Virus record (IMG/VR): IMGVR_UViG_3300021142_002226
Location: 32,001-96,000 of that record
Direction: 5' to 3' (one strand)
Length of the DNA: 64,000 bases
Origin: a virus
The notes under the pieces were generated by a model. That model was not told where the DNA came from and searched no databases. It was given only the letters and a program-made list of their open reading frames with translations. Position numbers and translations under genes: made by a program. Every line of letters starts with the position of its first letter. The stretch's first letter is position 1. This document shows, piece by piece, positions 21,805 through 30,282 of the stretch.

Positions 21805-22816
21805 ATATTTTATTTTTTAATTCAATTATTATATTTTCTTTGTTTTTTTGATAATCATTCTCCCATACAGTGATAACCGCATAACCACGATTGATATATA
21901 GGTTGTCTTTCTCATTATCAATTAATCTCACTTCTTTTACTGTTTTATTAACTCTTGGTATTATTAGGTTTTCGTTATTAAAGATATTTTCCGAACCATG
22001 CCAAAAATCACCGTGATAATTGATAATTACTTTTATGTCTGGCAATATTATATCTGGATATAATATACTATTTTTAATTTTATAATTTTTCTTTTCTGAG
22101 TTGGTTAATATTATACCGTACTTCTCTTGATAACCTAAAATAGTCCCTTTGTAGAATTGTCTTATATCATTTTCCAATAATATTTGTCCTTTAGAAACAT
22201 TATCACCACACATTATGGCTTTAGTTGTTTGTATAACCCAATCATTATATTTAATTACACCATCAACTTCACCATATTTAGCTTTCCACCATTCAATATT
22301 TCTACTTTGGTGTTCGGTTAATTTATGTTTTGCTTCTTCGATATTACCTTTACACTTCTCAATCCAATAATTTAATCCCCAGGAAGATGTTAATCTATTT
22401 TTTTCACGATAAATATTATACTTCTCAACACCCTTATCGTAGTTACCACACTCTTTAGCAAAATTATCAATCGACCTAATGGATTTTACTTGATGTTTAG
22501 TTCTAATAATATCTATTTCTTCATTAGAGAACCCATTATTTTTTAACGTATCTTCACTAACAGATAATTTAGAGTTTTTTTCTAACCATTTGCTTGTACC
22601 ATCTTTATCACCAAATTTATCAACGTACCATTTCTTAGTACCACGAATTTTTAGTTTATTTTTGTAACTTAACCATCTCAAAGAACCCTCTTCTAAACCA
22701 TATTTTTTAATTAAATTATCTTCTGTAATAGCTGATAATTTTTTACGTTCTTCCCAGAGCCTTAAACCCTCAAATTCACCATACTTTTTAATCCAAGATT
22801 GTTTCACTGATGCCAT
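21791..22816 (-). CDS. Free-standing endonuclease (Vsr/DUF559-like) between the split-intein halves
   Basis: 341 aa. About six N-terminal K(Y/F)G.E.G..K(W/Y)-like repeats. C-terminal PDIILPDIKVIINYHGDFWH...RGYAVITVWEND. Confidence 0.75.
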   Translation of the reverse strand: MASVKQSWIKKYGEFEGLRLWEERKKLSAITEDNLIKKYGLEEGSLRWLSYKNKLKIRGTKKWYVDKFGDKDGTSKWLEKNSKLSVSEDTLKNNGFSNEEIDIIRTKHQVKSIRSIDNFAKECGNYDKGVEKYNIYREKNRLTSSWGLNYWIEKCKGNIEEAKHKLTEHQSRNIEWWKAKYGEVDGVIKYNDWVIQTTKAIMCGDNVSKGQILLENDIRQFYKGTILGYQEKYGIILTNSEKKNYKIKNSILYPDIILPDIKVIINYHGDFWHGSENIFNNENLIIPRVNKTVKEVRLIDNEKDNLYINRGYAVITVWENDYQKNKENIIIELKNKIYENN

Positions 22817-22856
22817 AACTATTCATTTTATATAAATAGTCTAACAACAGTGAAAC
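22801..22856 (-). promoter_or_regulatory. RNA hairpin sequestering the endonuclease AUG, with an embedded CTATTTATA motif (22831-22839)
   Basis: Minus strand gtttcactg-t-tgtta-gactat / loop / atagtt-a-tggca-t-cagtgaaac gives about 20 bp including G-U pairs. Confidence 0.7.
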
Positions 22857-22865
22857 GAACTGAAT

Positions 22866-25800
22866 TTAGAAAATTTTTATTAAAAAGTCATCATTTTCTG
22901 TGATTTCCTTAGCCTCTTTCCATGTACCATCAACCATCATAAATTTATGGTTTGGTGTACATTCAATAACAGTACCATCTTCCATAACAAATTCTATTGT
23001 TTCCTCATAACCATTTACAAACAACTTAGTTATAGTTTTTTCTTCATTTAGGTAATTATAAACTTTAATATCTTCTGTAACATCGTACCATTCACGATAT
23101 TCATTTAGTTTAGTACCCAAGTCAACACCATTTAATTTGAATATATCATCAAGTGATAACGTACCCCTATTTGTTCTAATTTCAGTAGATGGTATTTGGC
23201 AACCTGATGGTTTAACTGTTGTTGTTCTTGCGGCAGCATTTATACCTATAATTGCCGCAACACGAGCATTTTCTTCTTTTACAAGTTTAGCTGCTCCCTT
23301 AATATCGTAGTTTAATACAATACCAGAACCGATACCTGTCATTCCTACACCAATTAGAGCCTCTTTTTCAGTAGTTCTTTTCCAAATCTCACGAAGATAA
23401 TGGAAGTCTGTATAACCAGCCTGTAATGTACCTATAAATGCGGCAGCTTTAACTCTTTCGTTGTAGTCTTCCTGAGATTCAATATTTGAAACATTTACCT
23501 CACATAGATTACAGAATTGATATGGTCTTAGTGCAATTTCGCAACAGTTACCTGTAATTAATTTAGAAATTTGAAAACAATGTGTTGAATCAAATACAGA
23601 AATATCCCAAACATCCTCATATATATTTGTTAATTCAACGGATTCAACCTTTATTTGTTTATCATCATGAATATTATATCTAAATTTATAAGAATCTAAA
23701 ATATCTTGTTTATATTTATTTGTTAATTTAAACAAGGAAATAAAGTGTTTTATTGAACTTGTTTCACATATTCTTAAATCATATCTTGTAAATTCACTAT
23801 CATAACCATCTAATTTAGATTTAGATGTTTTTATTTTAGATTTTATACCGTAGAAACCTAATAATTCAGATAAATCATCCACTAATTGTTTATGTGAAGA
23901 TGTAAATGTTATTCTTTTTTGTGTTTTACTTACATTTCCATCTGAACTGAATAATGCATCAACTAAGCCCTTTCTAAAATTTTCTGAACCATCAACCCAA
24001 ACCGACTTAGGTAAACCATAGTTTTTATCCACATTACCAAACTTTTTAATATATAAATCAACCTCTTTATTATTTATAGATATCTCTTTTGTGTGTGTAT
24101 CAACAAGAACTATTTGCATCTCCTCCTCAATATTTTGGTGTTCCTTTTTGAATCTACGATTAAAATTACCATTAAATGTTATAACATTTGTTTTTAATGT
24201 ATTTAATAATTTATCGGATATATTAGATTCATCATCAGTGTCGGATACTATCATACCATATTCTGAATGTTCTTTTCTATTTGAAACCCAACCATCACCA
24301 ATAATCCAACCACATAAGAAACCATCATCATACCCACCTAAATTACCATCAAAAAGTTTATTCTCTCTAATTATTGGTAATTTATCACCGTTTGTTAAAT
24401 CTGGTGTTTTAACTTTAACATACTTTTCACCATCCCAAACGGGCCATTCATGTTCCTTAGTTGCAAAATATTCGGTACCATCTTCAAGTGTTAACTTAAC
24501 AAGTTGCTGATTTTTACCAGATAACCAACATTTTGCATCAGATATTTCACCATTTAAATTTTTAACTTTAAAACTTTTATCTTGCAACTCCTCAATAGGA
24601 AAAATCCCTTCTGTTGTTAACACTTTTGTACCTGCCCTTAACGATGGGTTGGTACCCCAATCCTTATCATTTGTGAAATAAATACCAGGTTCTCCAGAAC
24701 CAGACAACTTGATTCTCAACCAAAGATCATCAAAGAATTCTTTAGTTATTTTATGTCTTAGTAACACGGCAGAATTATTCGCTCTACCTCTTTGAGGGTT
24801 ATTTTCCCACCATGCACCAGATTTACAAGAAATCATTTCATCATCGTCAGCGGAGAATAAACAAATTAGTGCCGCTCTACGGATACCTCCTGCAAGTACT
24901 GCATCTGCAATATAACATACAATATCATGAACTTGAATTGGCGTTAATTTTTCACCATCTTCTATAGTATCTAATATTTTTTTAATATTATGAATACAAT
25001 CTTTAAGTGGTTGAGGCCCTGGAGCTTTACCACCAGATGTAATCAATCTTGCACCTTTTGGTCTAATATCTGAAAAATCGAATACTGGTGTTGAAGAAAT
25101 ATCACCTGTATATGATTTTAACAAGGTTTTGATAGCGTCAGCCCATCCTTCAATTGAATCAGATATCAAAAATCTTCTGTTTCTTGTTGGGTTTGGTTTT
25201 CTTATTTCTGGTAATTTTTCTACGTGATGTCTTTGTACTGAGTAACCAACACCAGTACCACCAAGCAATAAAAACATTACTTCACTAAAGCAATCAATGT
25301 AGTCTATTGGTAAATAACAACAGTTACCAGTCACAATACCACCAGATAAAACAAAACTTTTATCATCCTCAACTTCAAGACACCACACATCTTCTGATAC
25401 AAATGAATCATTAACTTCAGTCATAGACCAAGATGTGTTTGGTCTACTACCAATGTGATTTGTTATTGAAAAATCTTTAGTTAATGGTCGTTCACCAAAA
25501 TTTGTTATTTCACCTGTTAAATCAGAAATATTTGTAATATAATAACCACAAACCTCCAAATATTTTTTAAGAAAATCTATATGATCTTCCTGTGAAGATT
25601 GTATAGATTTATATTTAGATAATGTATTATTTTCATACCAATCTGGGTTTTTAGCACCGTCAGCGGATAAATAGCCATCCATAAAGGCTTTTATCATATT
25701 TAAACCATCTATATTTATATCTGGTGTTGTTTTTAAATATTTACCAGTATAAACCATAATATCCCCATCCAAACTATTAGAGGTAGATGTTTCAAACCCC

Positions 25801-26507
25801 ATTTCTTTGAATCTGTAAAGATATTTAGTTGCCTCATCTCCACACAATCTAACCATAGAATATTTAGCTTCACCATTCTTTTTAAGAAGTGTACCATCGC
25901 CAAATACATAACCATAACACCAATATAATCTTTCCATAGGTGTTGCACCATTATAGTCAAAATTTTCATTTTTTTGTGTTGGAAAGAGTGGTTTATTCAA
26001 TTCAAGTTCGGTTGTTTCAGAACCATCAAATAAAATCCATCTATGGTTTTTGGTAACTCTGATGGTTTTTTTACTTTTACCCCTACTAAAGGTGGCTGTT
26101 GATAGAAACTGTTTACCATAATTTTTAACAACGGCTGATTTCCAACTACCAGTATGTGTTAAAACAGTTATAATATCTCCATGTTCAAAATCCTTAAATG
26201 ATTTTGTTCCCTCCGATGTAATAAATTCAGTTTCCCTACCAAAACAGTTGTATATTCTGTTTGGTGAAATTTCAATTGGTTTACCGCCAAATTGAAGTGA
26301 TCTCATAGAAGGTAATACTTTTTTGTCATATACAAATTTGTATTTTTCTATAATTTCATCTCTTAACATAGGAAATTTCTTAATATGCATTTCCATGTTT
26401 CTTGTTACTAAATCTTCCCAGCTTTCTCTTCTTTCTTTCTCTGGTAAGTACTTGGCATACTTCATGTATACCGTAATGTCGCTTAAAATTTTTTGTGATA
26501 TATCCAT
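22866..26507 (-). CDS. nrdJ: Class II (B12-dependent, RTPR-like) ribonucleotide reductase N-terminal fragment with two cis inteins and a split-intein N-half
   Basis: PSMRSLQFGG, RIYN|C, GGTGVGYSV, GGIRRAALI, GEPG, TNP|CCEI, VKPSG|. Joined exteins plus the C fragment total about 619 aa. Confidence 0.92.
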   Translation of the reverse strand: MDISQKILSDITVYMKYAKYLPEKERRESWEDLVTRNMEMHIKKFPMLRDEIIEKYKFVYDKKVLPSMRSLQFGGKPIEISPNRIYNCFGRETEFITSEGTKSFKDFEHGDIITVLTHTGSWKSAVVKNYGKQFLSTATFSRGKSKKTIRVTKNHRWILFDGSETTELELNKPLFPTQKNENFDYNGATPMERLYWCYGYVFGDGTLLKKNGEAKYSMVRLCGDEATKYLYRFKEMGFETSTSNSLDGDIMVYTGKYLKTTPDINIDGLNMIKAFMDGYLSADGAKNPDWYENNTLSKYKSIQSSQEDHIDFLKKYLEVCGYYITNISDLTGEITNFGERPLTKDFSITNHIGSRPNTSWSMTEVNDSFVSEDVWCLEVEDDKSFVLSGGIVTGNCCYLPIDYIDCFSEVMFLLLGGTGVGYSVQRHHVEKLPEIRKPNPTRNRRFLISDSIEGWADAIKTLLKSYTGDISSTPVFDFSDIRPKGARLITSGGKAPGPQPLKDCIHNIKKILDTIEDGEKLTPIQVHDIVCYIADAVLAGGIRRAALICLFSADDDEMISCKSGAWWENNPQRGRANNSAVLLRHKITKEFFDDLWLRIKLSGSGEPGIYFTNDKDWGTNPSLRAGTKVLTTEGIFPIEELQDKSFKVKNLNGEISDAKCWLSGKNQQLVKLTLEDGTEYFATKEHEWPVWDGEKYVKVKTPDLTNGDKLPIIRENKLFDGNLGGYDDGFLCGWIIGDGWVSNRKEHSEYGMIVSDTDDESNISDKLLNTLKTNVITFNGNFNRRFKKEHQNIEEEMQIVLVDTHTKEISINNKEVDLYIKKFGNVDKNYGLPKSVWVDGSENFRKGLVDALFSSDGNVSKTQKRITFTSSHKQLVDDLSELLGFYGIKSKIKTSKSKLDGYDSEFTRYDLRICETSSIKHFISLFKLTNKYKQDILDSYKFRYNIHDDKQIKVESVELTNIYEDVWDISVFDSTHCFQISKLITGNCCEIALRPYQFCNLCEVNVSNIESQEDYNERVKAAAFIGTLQAGYTDFHYLREIWKRTTEKEALIGVGMTGIGSGIVLNYDIKGAAKLVKEENARVAAIIGINAAARTTTVKPSGCQIPSTEIRTNRGTLSLDDIFKLNGVDLGTKLNEYREWYDVTEDIKVYNYLNEEKTITKLFVNGYEETIEFVMEDGTVIECTPNHKFMMVDGTWKEAKEITENDDFLIKIF
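22869..23201 (-). mobile_element. Split intein N-fragment (IntN, 111 aa)
   Basis: Starts CQIPSTEIRTNRG after KPSG, has block B ECTPNHKF, and ends at a stop with no C-terminal splice motif. Confidence 0.9.
23547..24644 (-). mobile_element. Intein with LAGLIDADG endonuclease (366 aa, Ser1...GN|C)
   Basis: SLRAGTKVLTTEG; ATKEHEW; FLCGWIIGDG and GLVDALFSSDG; DVWDISV...LITGN|CCEI. Confidence 0.92.
25323..26246 (-). mobile_element. Intein with LAGLIDADG endonuclease (308 aa, Cys1...GN|C)
   Basis: CFGRETEFIT; VTKNHRW; YGYVFGDG and FMDGYLSADG; DVWCLEV...IVTGN|CCYLP. Confidence 0.92.
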
Positions 26508-26582
26508 TTTTTTTTATCGGTTTTAAAAATAAATATAACCATTTTTGTCAAGGTTTATATATATTTTTTTATAGTTTGTTAT

Positions 26583-27977
26583 TTACTGGGTTGCGCCATT
26601 TTTTTCCCATTTAGATCTTAAATTTTCGTTCAAGCTTTTCTGACGATTTTGCTTATCTTTATCCTCGAAACCATGTATAGATATGACATCTTCGGTATCA
26701 ATAAGCATACGTTTATTGTCAAAAAGGCAGTTTTGGAAAATCATTCCATCAGAACCCATACGATTTTTCAATATGGTTATAGTCGCTCTACCATTTTCTT
26801 TCTGTTCCAAAGTTTTACCAACACTTACAATAAGGTGAGCAATTTGTGCTTTTTTCAAGTTTCCACCCATATTTTCGGTTTTTACAACCTCAACACTTGT
26901 GGATGATCTATTACCTTGTGTAGCTACCCAACTGGCAATGTTTAATTCTGCTGTCATTGATTCTACTTGGCGCATAATTTTACCTTCATTAGACCAATCT
27001 TCTGCTCCAGCAAATTCTTTTTCTGCTGATAAACAATCAAGATAATCAAGAATTAATACATCTATTTTATCGCCTTTAGAATTGATTCTTTTGATTGTAT
27101 TCTTAATTACACCAACGGTACAACCATCTGCGGACAATTTAAGTATATATAATTTACCAATACCTTCTTGATTATTGATAATCTTGATTTTCTTTTTAAC
27201 CTCATCTTTACGCAAAGATAATTCAGGTAACGGAATTTCTGTAGAACAAGAGTAATGTTTTCTCTGAACATCTTTAGGACTATCCTCAAAAAATATTTGT
27301 AATACATTCCTACCTGATCTATAGGCAGTATTAGCTATTTTGGTAAGCATTGTTGTCTTACCTACTCCAAGTGGCGCTATTATAAGTGCTAATTCACCCC
27401 TTGCTAAACCACCATTTGTAATGTTATCTATTCCAGTGATACCAGTTGGAATAGGTTCTCTATAATCATCAGATAAAACATTATCTATTTCAAATTCAAG
27501 ATCGATAGGTTCATCTACTTGTCTGAAAGTTAAAGCTTTCTTCAATGTTTCCTCGATATTATCAATATCTTGTAGAATACCTTTATCAAGTTTGCTTTTG
27601 ATACTGTTTACAGCATTTTTCAAAGATTGCATTTTACAGAATCTTTGCGCTGTATCTTGTACATTTAGATTATTGATTTTACATTTTTGTATGTTATCAA
27701 TGGTATCTAAAAGTTGTTGTTTAAATGTTTCTGCGTTCATCGGAATATTCATATTGACTTCCGTTCTCAACGCAGGGAAATTTAAAAGGCAATTATGTTC
27801 TTTGTAATATTCCTTAATAATGTGGGCTATCTTTGAAAAGGCCTCATTTTGAAAATATTGTTTATCAATAATATCAATAATTGATAAACCAAATTTGTGG
27901 TCTGTTATTATTTCATTAAATAATTGTAATTGATATTCAGGACCAAGATCACTTAAATTTGATATCTTTTCAACCAT
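26583..27977 (-). CDS. dnaB: Replicative DNA helicase (DnaB / T4 gp41-like)
   Basis: IPTGITGIDNITNGGLARGEL, Walker A APLGVGKT, VLILDYLD, VATQGNR, ILKNRMG. Confidence 0.9.
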   Translation of the reverse strand: MVEKISNLSDLGPEYQLQLFNEIITDHKFGLSIIDIIDKQYFQNEAFSKIAHIIKEYYKEHNCLLNFPALRTEVNMNIPMNAETFKQQLLDTIDNIQKCKINNLNVQDTAQRFCKMQSLKNAVNSIKSKLDKGILQDIDNIEETLKKALTFRQVDEPIDLEFEIDNVLSDDYREPIPTGITGIDNITNGGLARGELALIIAPLGVGKTTMLTKIANTAYRSGRNVLQIFFEDSPKDVQRKHYSCSTEIPLPELSLRKDEVKKKIKIINNQEGIGKLYILKLSADGCTVGVIKNTIKRINSKGDKIDVLILDYLDCLSAEKEFAGAEDWSNEGKIMRQVESMTAELNIASWVATQGNRSSTSVEVVKTENMGGNLKKAQIAHLIVSVGKTLEQKENGRATITILKNRMGSDGMIFQNCLFDNKRMLIDTEDVISIHGFEDKDKQNRQKSLNENLRSKWEKNGATQ

Positions 27978-27980
27978 AAA

Positions 27981-28427
27981 TTAACCAAGTTTATATTCTA
28001 AATAATTCAATTCAAGATTTTCTGTTTTAGAACATAACACTCGTTGTACACTTGTGATTATTTTATAGATATGCTCTCTGATGTCTACACTATATCTTAC
28101 AGTAGCTGGATATATTCGTGCATCAAATTCACGGTGAGCAATTTCTTTACCATTCATTTTTATTGTAAAAACAAACATATCACTATGTTCATTTTGTTCA
28201 AATGATGGGTTGTTAGTGTAATTGTTTCTGTTTTCATTCATAAAATCAAGAGTCTTATTTTTAAGGGATTCCTGAATTAGTCTTATGTTATCGTCAATAA
28301 CATATTTAAAATCTAAACTGTTCACAGCTTTATTATTAAAACCGAAAACATTAAACAATCTTTGAACAATAATATGTTCGTTGAGTTTCAACGTAAACTC
28401 AAAATTACGCTCTTTTCTTTCTTCCAT
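27981..28427 (-). CDS. Hypothetical protein
   Basis: 148 aa ORF starting 4 nt after the orphan copy of the exonuclease 3' end. Confidence 0.7.
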   Translation of the reverse strand: MEERKERNFEFTLKLNEHIIVQRLFNVFGFNNKAVNSLDFKYVIDDNIRLIQESLKNKTLDFMNENRNNYTNNPSFEQNEHSDMFVFTIKMNGKEIAHREFDARIYPATVRYSVDIREHIYKIITSVQRVLCSKTENLELNYLEYKLG

Positions 28428-28431
28428 AATC

Positions 28432-28503
28432 TTATATTTTTTTAGTTTTGAAGTAATTTTGTTCCTTCTTTATAATAGTAATAAAAGTTGACCAAAAAAC
28501 AAA
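28432..28503 (-). repeat. Displaced copy of the exonuclease 3' end (23 codons plus TAA)
   Basis: Translates FVFWSTFITIIKKEQNYFKTKKI*, identical in protein to 29257-29328, with 13 synonymous nt differences. Confidence 0.95.
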
Positions 28504-28504
28504 A

Positions 28505-29209
28505 TTATTTGTTTTTATTTTTTGCCCATCTTTCTTTAGCTTTCAAAGACATTTTTTTCTTAGTCTCTTCAGACATATTTTTTTTAGATTCAGACATTTT
28601 TCTTTTAGTACCTTCACTCCTTTTTTTTCCAATATTACTTTGAGAAATTTTTAATTTAACATCTTCAGTTATGATAGTACCTTTTTTAATATCTGACATC
28701 TTTTTTTTATATTCTTCACTTCTGTTCAAAGCGGAAAATCTAATTTTTTCTTTAGTTTCATCCGACATCTTTTTTTTAGATTCAGACATCTTTTTTTTCG
28801 TATCTTCAGAGTGTTTTTTACCTAACTGACCATCAGACATTCTTTTTTTAATATCGTCAGAAACAATCTTACCTTTTCTTGCCTCAGACATCTTTTTTTT
28901 TGTATCTTCATTATGCCATCCACTCCAACCACCATCACCATTTTCAATTTTTAGGTTTGCCCACTCTTCTGATTCAACAATATTATATAATTGACTGTAA
29001 TAAGTACCTTTCTCTTTTATCTCATCATTATTATAACCCACAAATAAAATTTCAGTTATAATATCTTTTGTTTTTATTTTGTGTTTTTTTATATGATTTA
29101 GCCAAACTAAACCACTACCTATATATTTGAAGGGGTCTTTTATGGTTTTTCCCAAATATTTTAAACCTTTTGGACTTGTTTTAATATAAAGATATATTTT
29201 TTGTTTCAT
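28505..29209 (-). CDS. GIY-YIG homing endonuclease with NUMOD3 repeats
   Basis: IYLYIKTSPKGLKYLGKT...WANLKIENGDGG, then eight (H/R/M)SE.TK.KMS-type repeats. Confidence 0.88.
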   Translation of the reverse strand: MKQKIYLYIKTSPKGLKYLGKTIKDPFKYIGSGLVWLNHIKKHKIKTKDIITEILFVGYNNDEIKEKGTYYSQLYNIVESEEWANLKIENGDGGWSGWHNEDTKKKMSEARKGKIVSDDIKKRMSDGQLGKKHSEDTKKKMSESKKKMSDETKEKIRFSALNRSEEYKKKMSDIKKGTIITEDVKLKISQSNIGKKRSEGTKRKMSESKKNMSEETKKKMSLKAKERWAKNKNK

Positions 29210-29256
29210 ATTTATAATTTATTATAAATATAAGATGACCAGTAAAAGATTAAAAG

Positions 29257-30282
29257 TTAGATTTTTTTAGTTTTAAAATAATTTTGTTCTTTTTTGATTA
29301 TAGTTATGAACGTACTCCAAAAAACAAAATATTCATCGTCATAACTTGGAATATAATTTATAATTCCATCTTCTTTTATCATTTTCATTACTGAATTAAT
29401 CCCACCTCTACCTTCTGGATCCATTGGCTCATTAACCATAACACTTATTGTTTCCATTAACTCTTCAGTTACATTCGGCGATTCAAGATTAATAATCTTG
29501 TTCATTACAGCAAAGTAATCGTTACCATATGTACCCCATTTTGTTTTACCTTCAACAATTGTTTTCAACATATTATTGTCAGGTTTTTCACTTAACAATT
29601 CATTTGTACGTTCAATTATCCAATCAGAATCTTTTTTTTCTTTTCTCAATTCTGGAAATAATTTCAACGTTTTTTCTTCACCAATGTTTTGTAAACCAGA
29701 AATATTATCACTGCTATCACCAGCAATCATTTTTATTAATCCAACATTACCTTGATGATAATCAAAATAAGTATGAAAATTTTTATCTGTTATCACAACC
29801 TTTTTATTCAAAAGATATATTTTAACATCTTCAGATATTAATTGTAATAAATCTTTATCCGAACTCAATATTAATTTGATTTCGTTTGGTGAATTTTTAC
29901 AGTAATAAGCAATACCGTCATCAGCTTCACATTCAGCAACTTCAACTTGGCGAATATATAACTCCTCAAGGTATTGTTTAATTCGAATACGTTGTCTACC
30001 AAGATCATAAATTTGTTCTTCAGTATATTGTGAGTTTCGATTTTGTTTGTAATATGGATAATATCCTTGACGATATTTTTTTGAGTTTTCACCTTCCCAA
30101 AACACCACAACCTTTGTTATCCCATATTCGGAATAAAATCTTTTTATGGTGTTTATAAAATGAAAAATGGCACCAACACTACCATTTTCTGTTTGGGTAT
30201 TTTTGGTGCCATGAAATCCAATCTTTAGCAAATTCTCACCATCAATCAACAAACTGTTAACCTTAGGTTTCTTAATCTTCAT
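29257..30282 (-). CDS. 5'-3' exonuclease / flap endonuclease (T4 RNase H, PolI N-terminal-like)
   Basis: LLIDGENLL, YYPYYKQNR, EADDGIAY, SSDKDLLQL, IAGDSSDNISG. The start is probably the ATG at 30282, overlapping the recA stop (track gives 30312). Confidence 0.9.
   Translation of the reverse strand: MKIKKPKVNSLLIDGENLLKIGFHGTKNTQTENGSVGAIFHFINTIKRFYSEYGITKVVVFWEGENSKKYRQGYYPYYKQNRNSQYTEEQIYDLGRQRIRIKQYLEELYIRQVEVAECEADDGIAYYCKNSPNEIKLILSSDKDLLQLISEDVKIYLLNKKVVITDKNFHTYFDYHQGNVGLIKMIAGDSSDNISGLQNIGEEKTLKLFPELRKEKKDSDWIIERTNELLSEKPDNNMLKTIVEGKTKWGTYGNDYFAVMNKIINLESPNVTEELMETISVMVNEPMDPEGRGGINSVMKMIKEDGIINYIPSYDDEYFVFWSTFITIIKKEQNYFKTKKI

Noticed and set aside
26521-26560. TTGACA sigma70 promoter upstream of nrdJ
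   Set aside because: There is no plausible -10 hexamer at 16-18 nt spacing.
28504-29328. Group I intron around the GIY-YIG gene
   Set aside because: The exonuclease is already complete with its own stop upstream. The insert does not end in G, and the short spacers leave no room for a ribozyme core.
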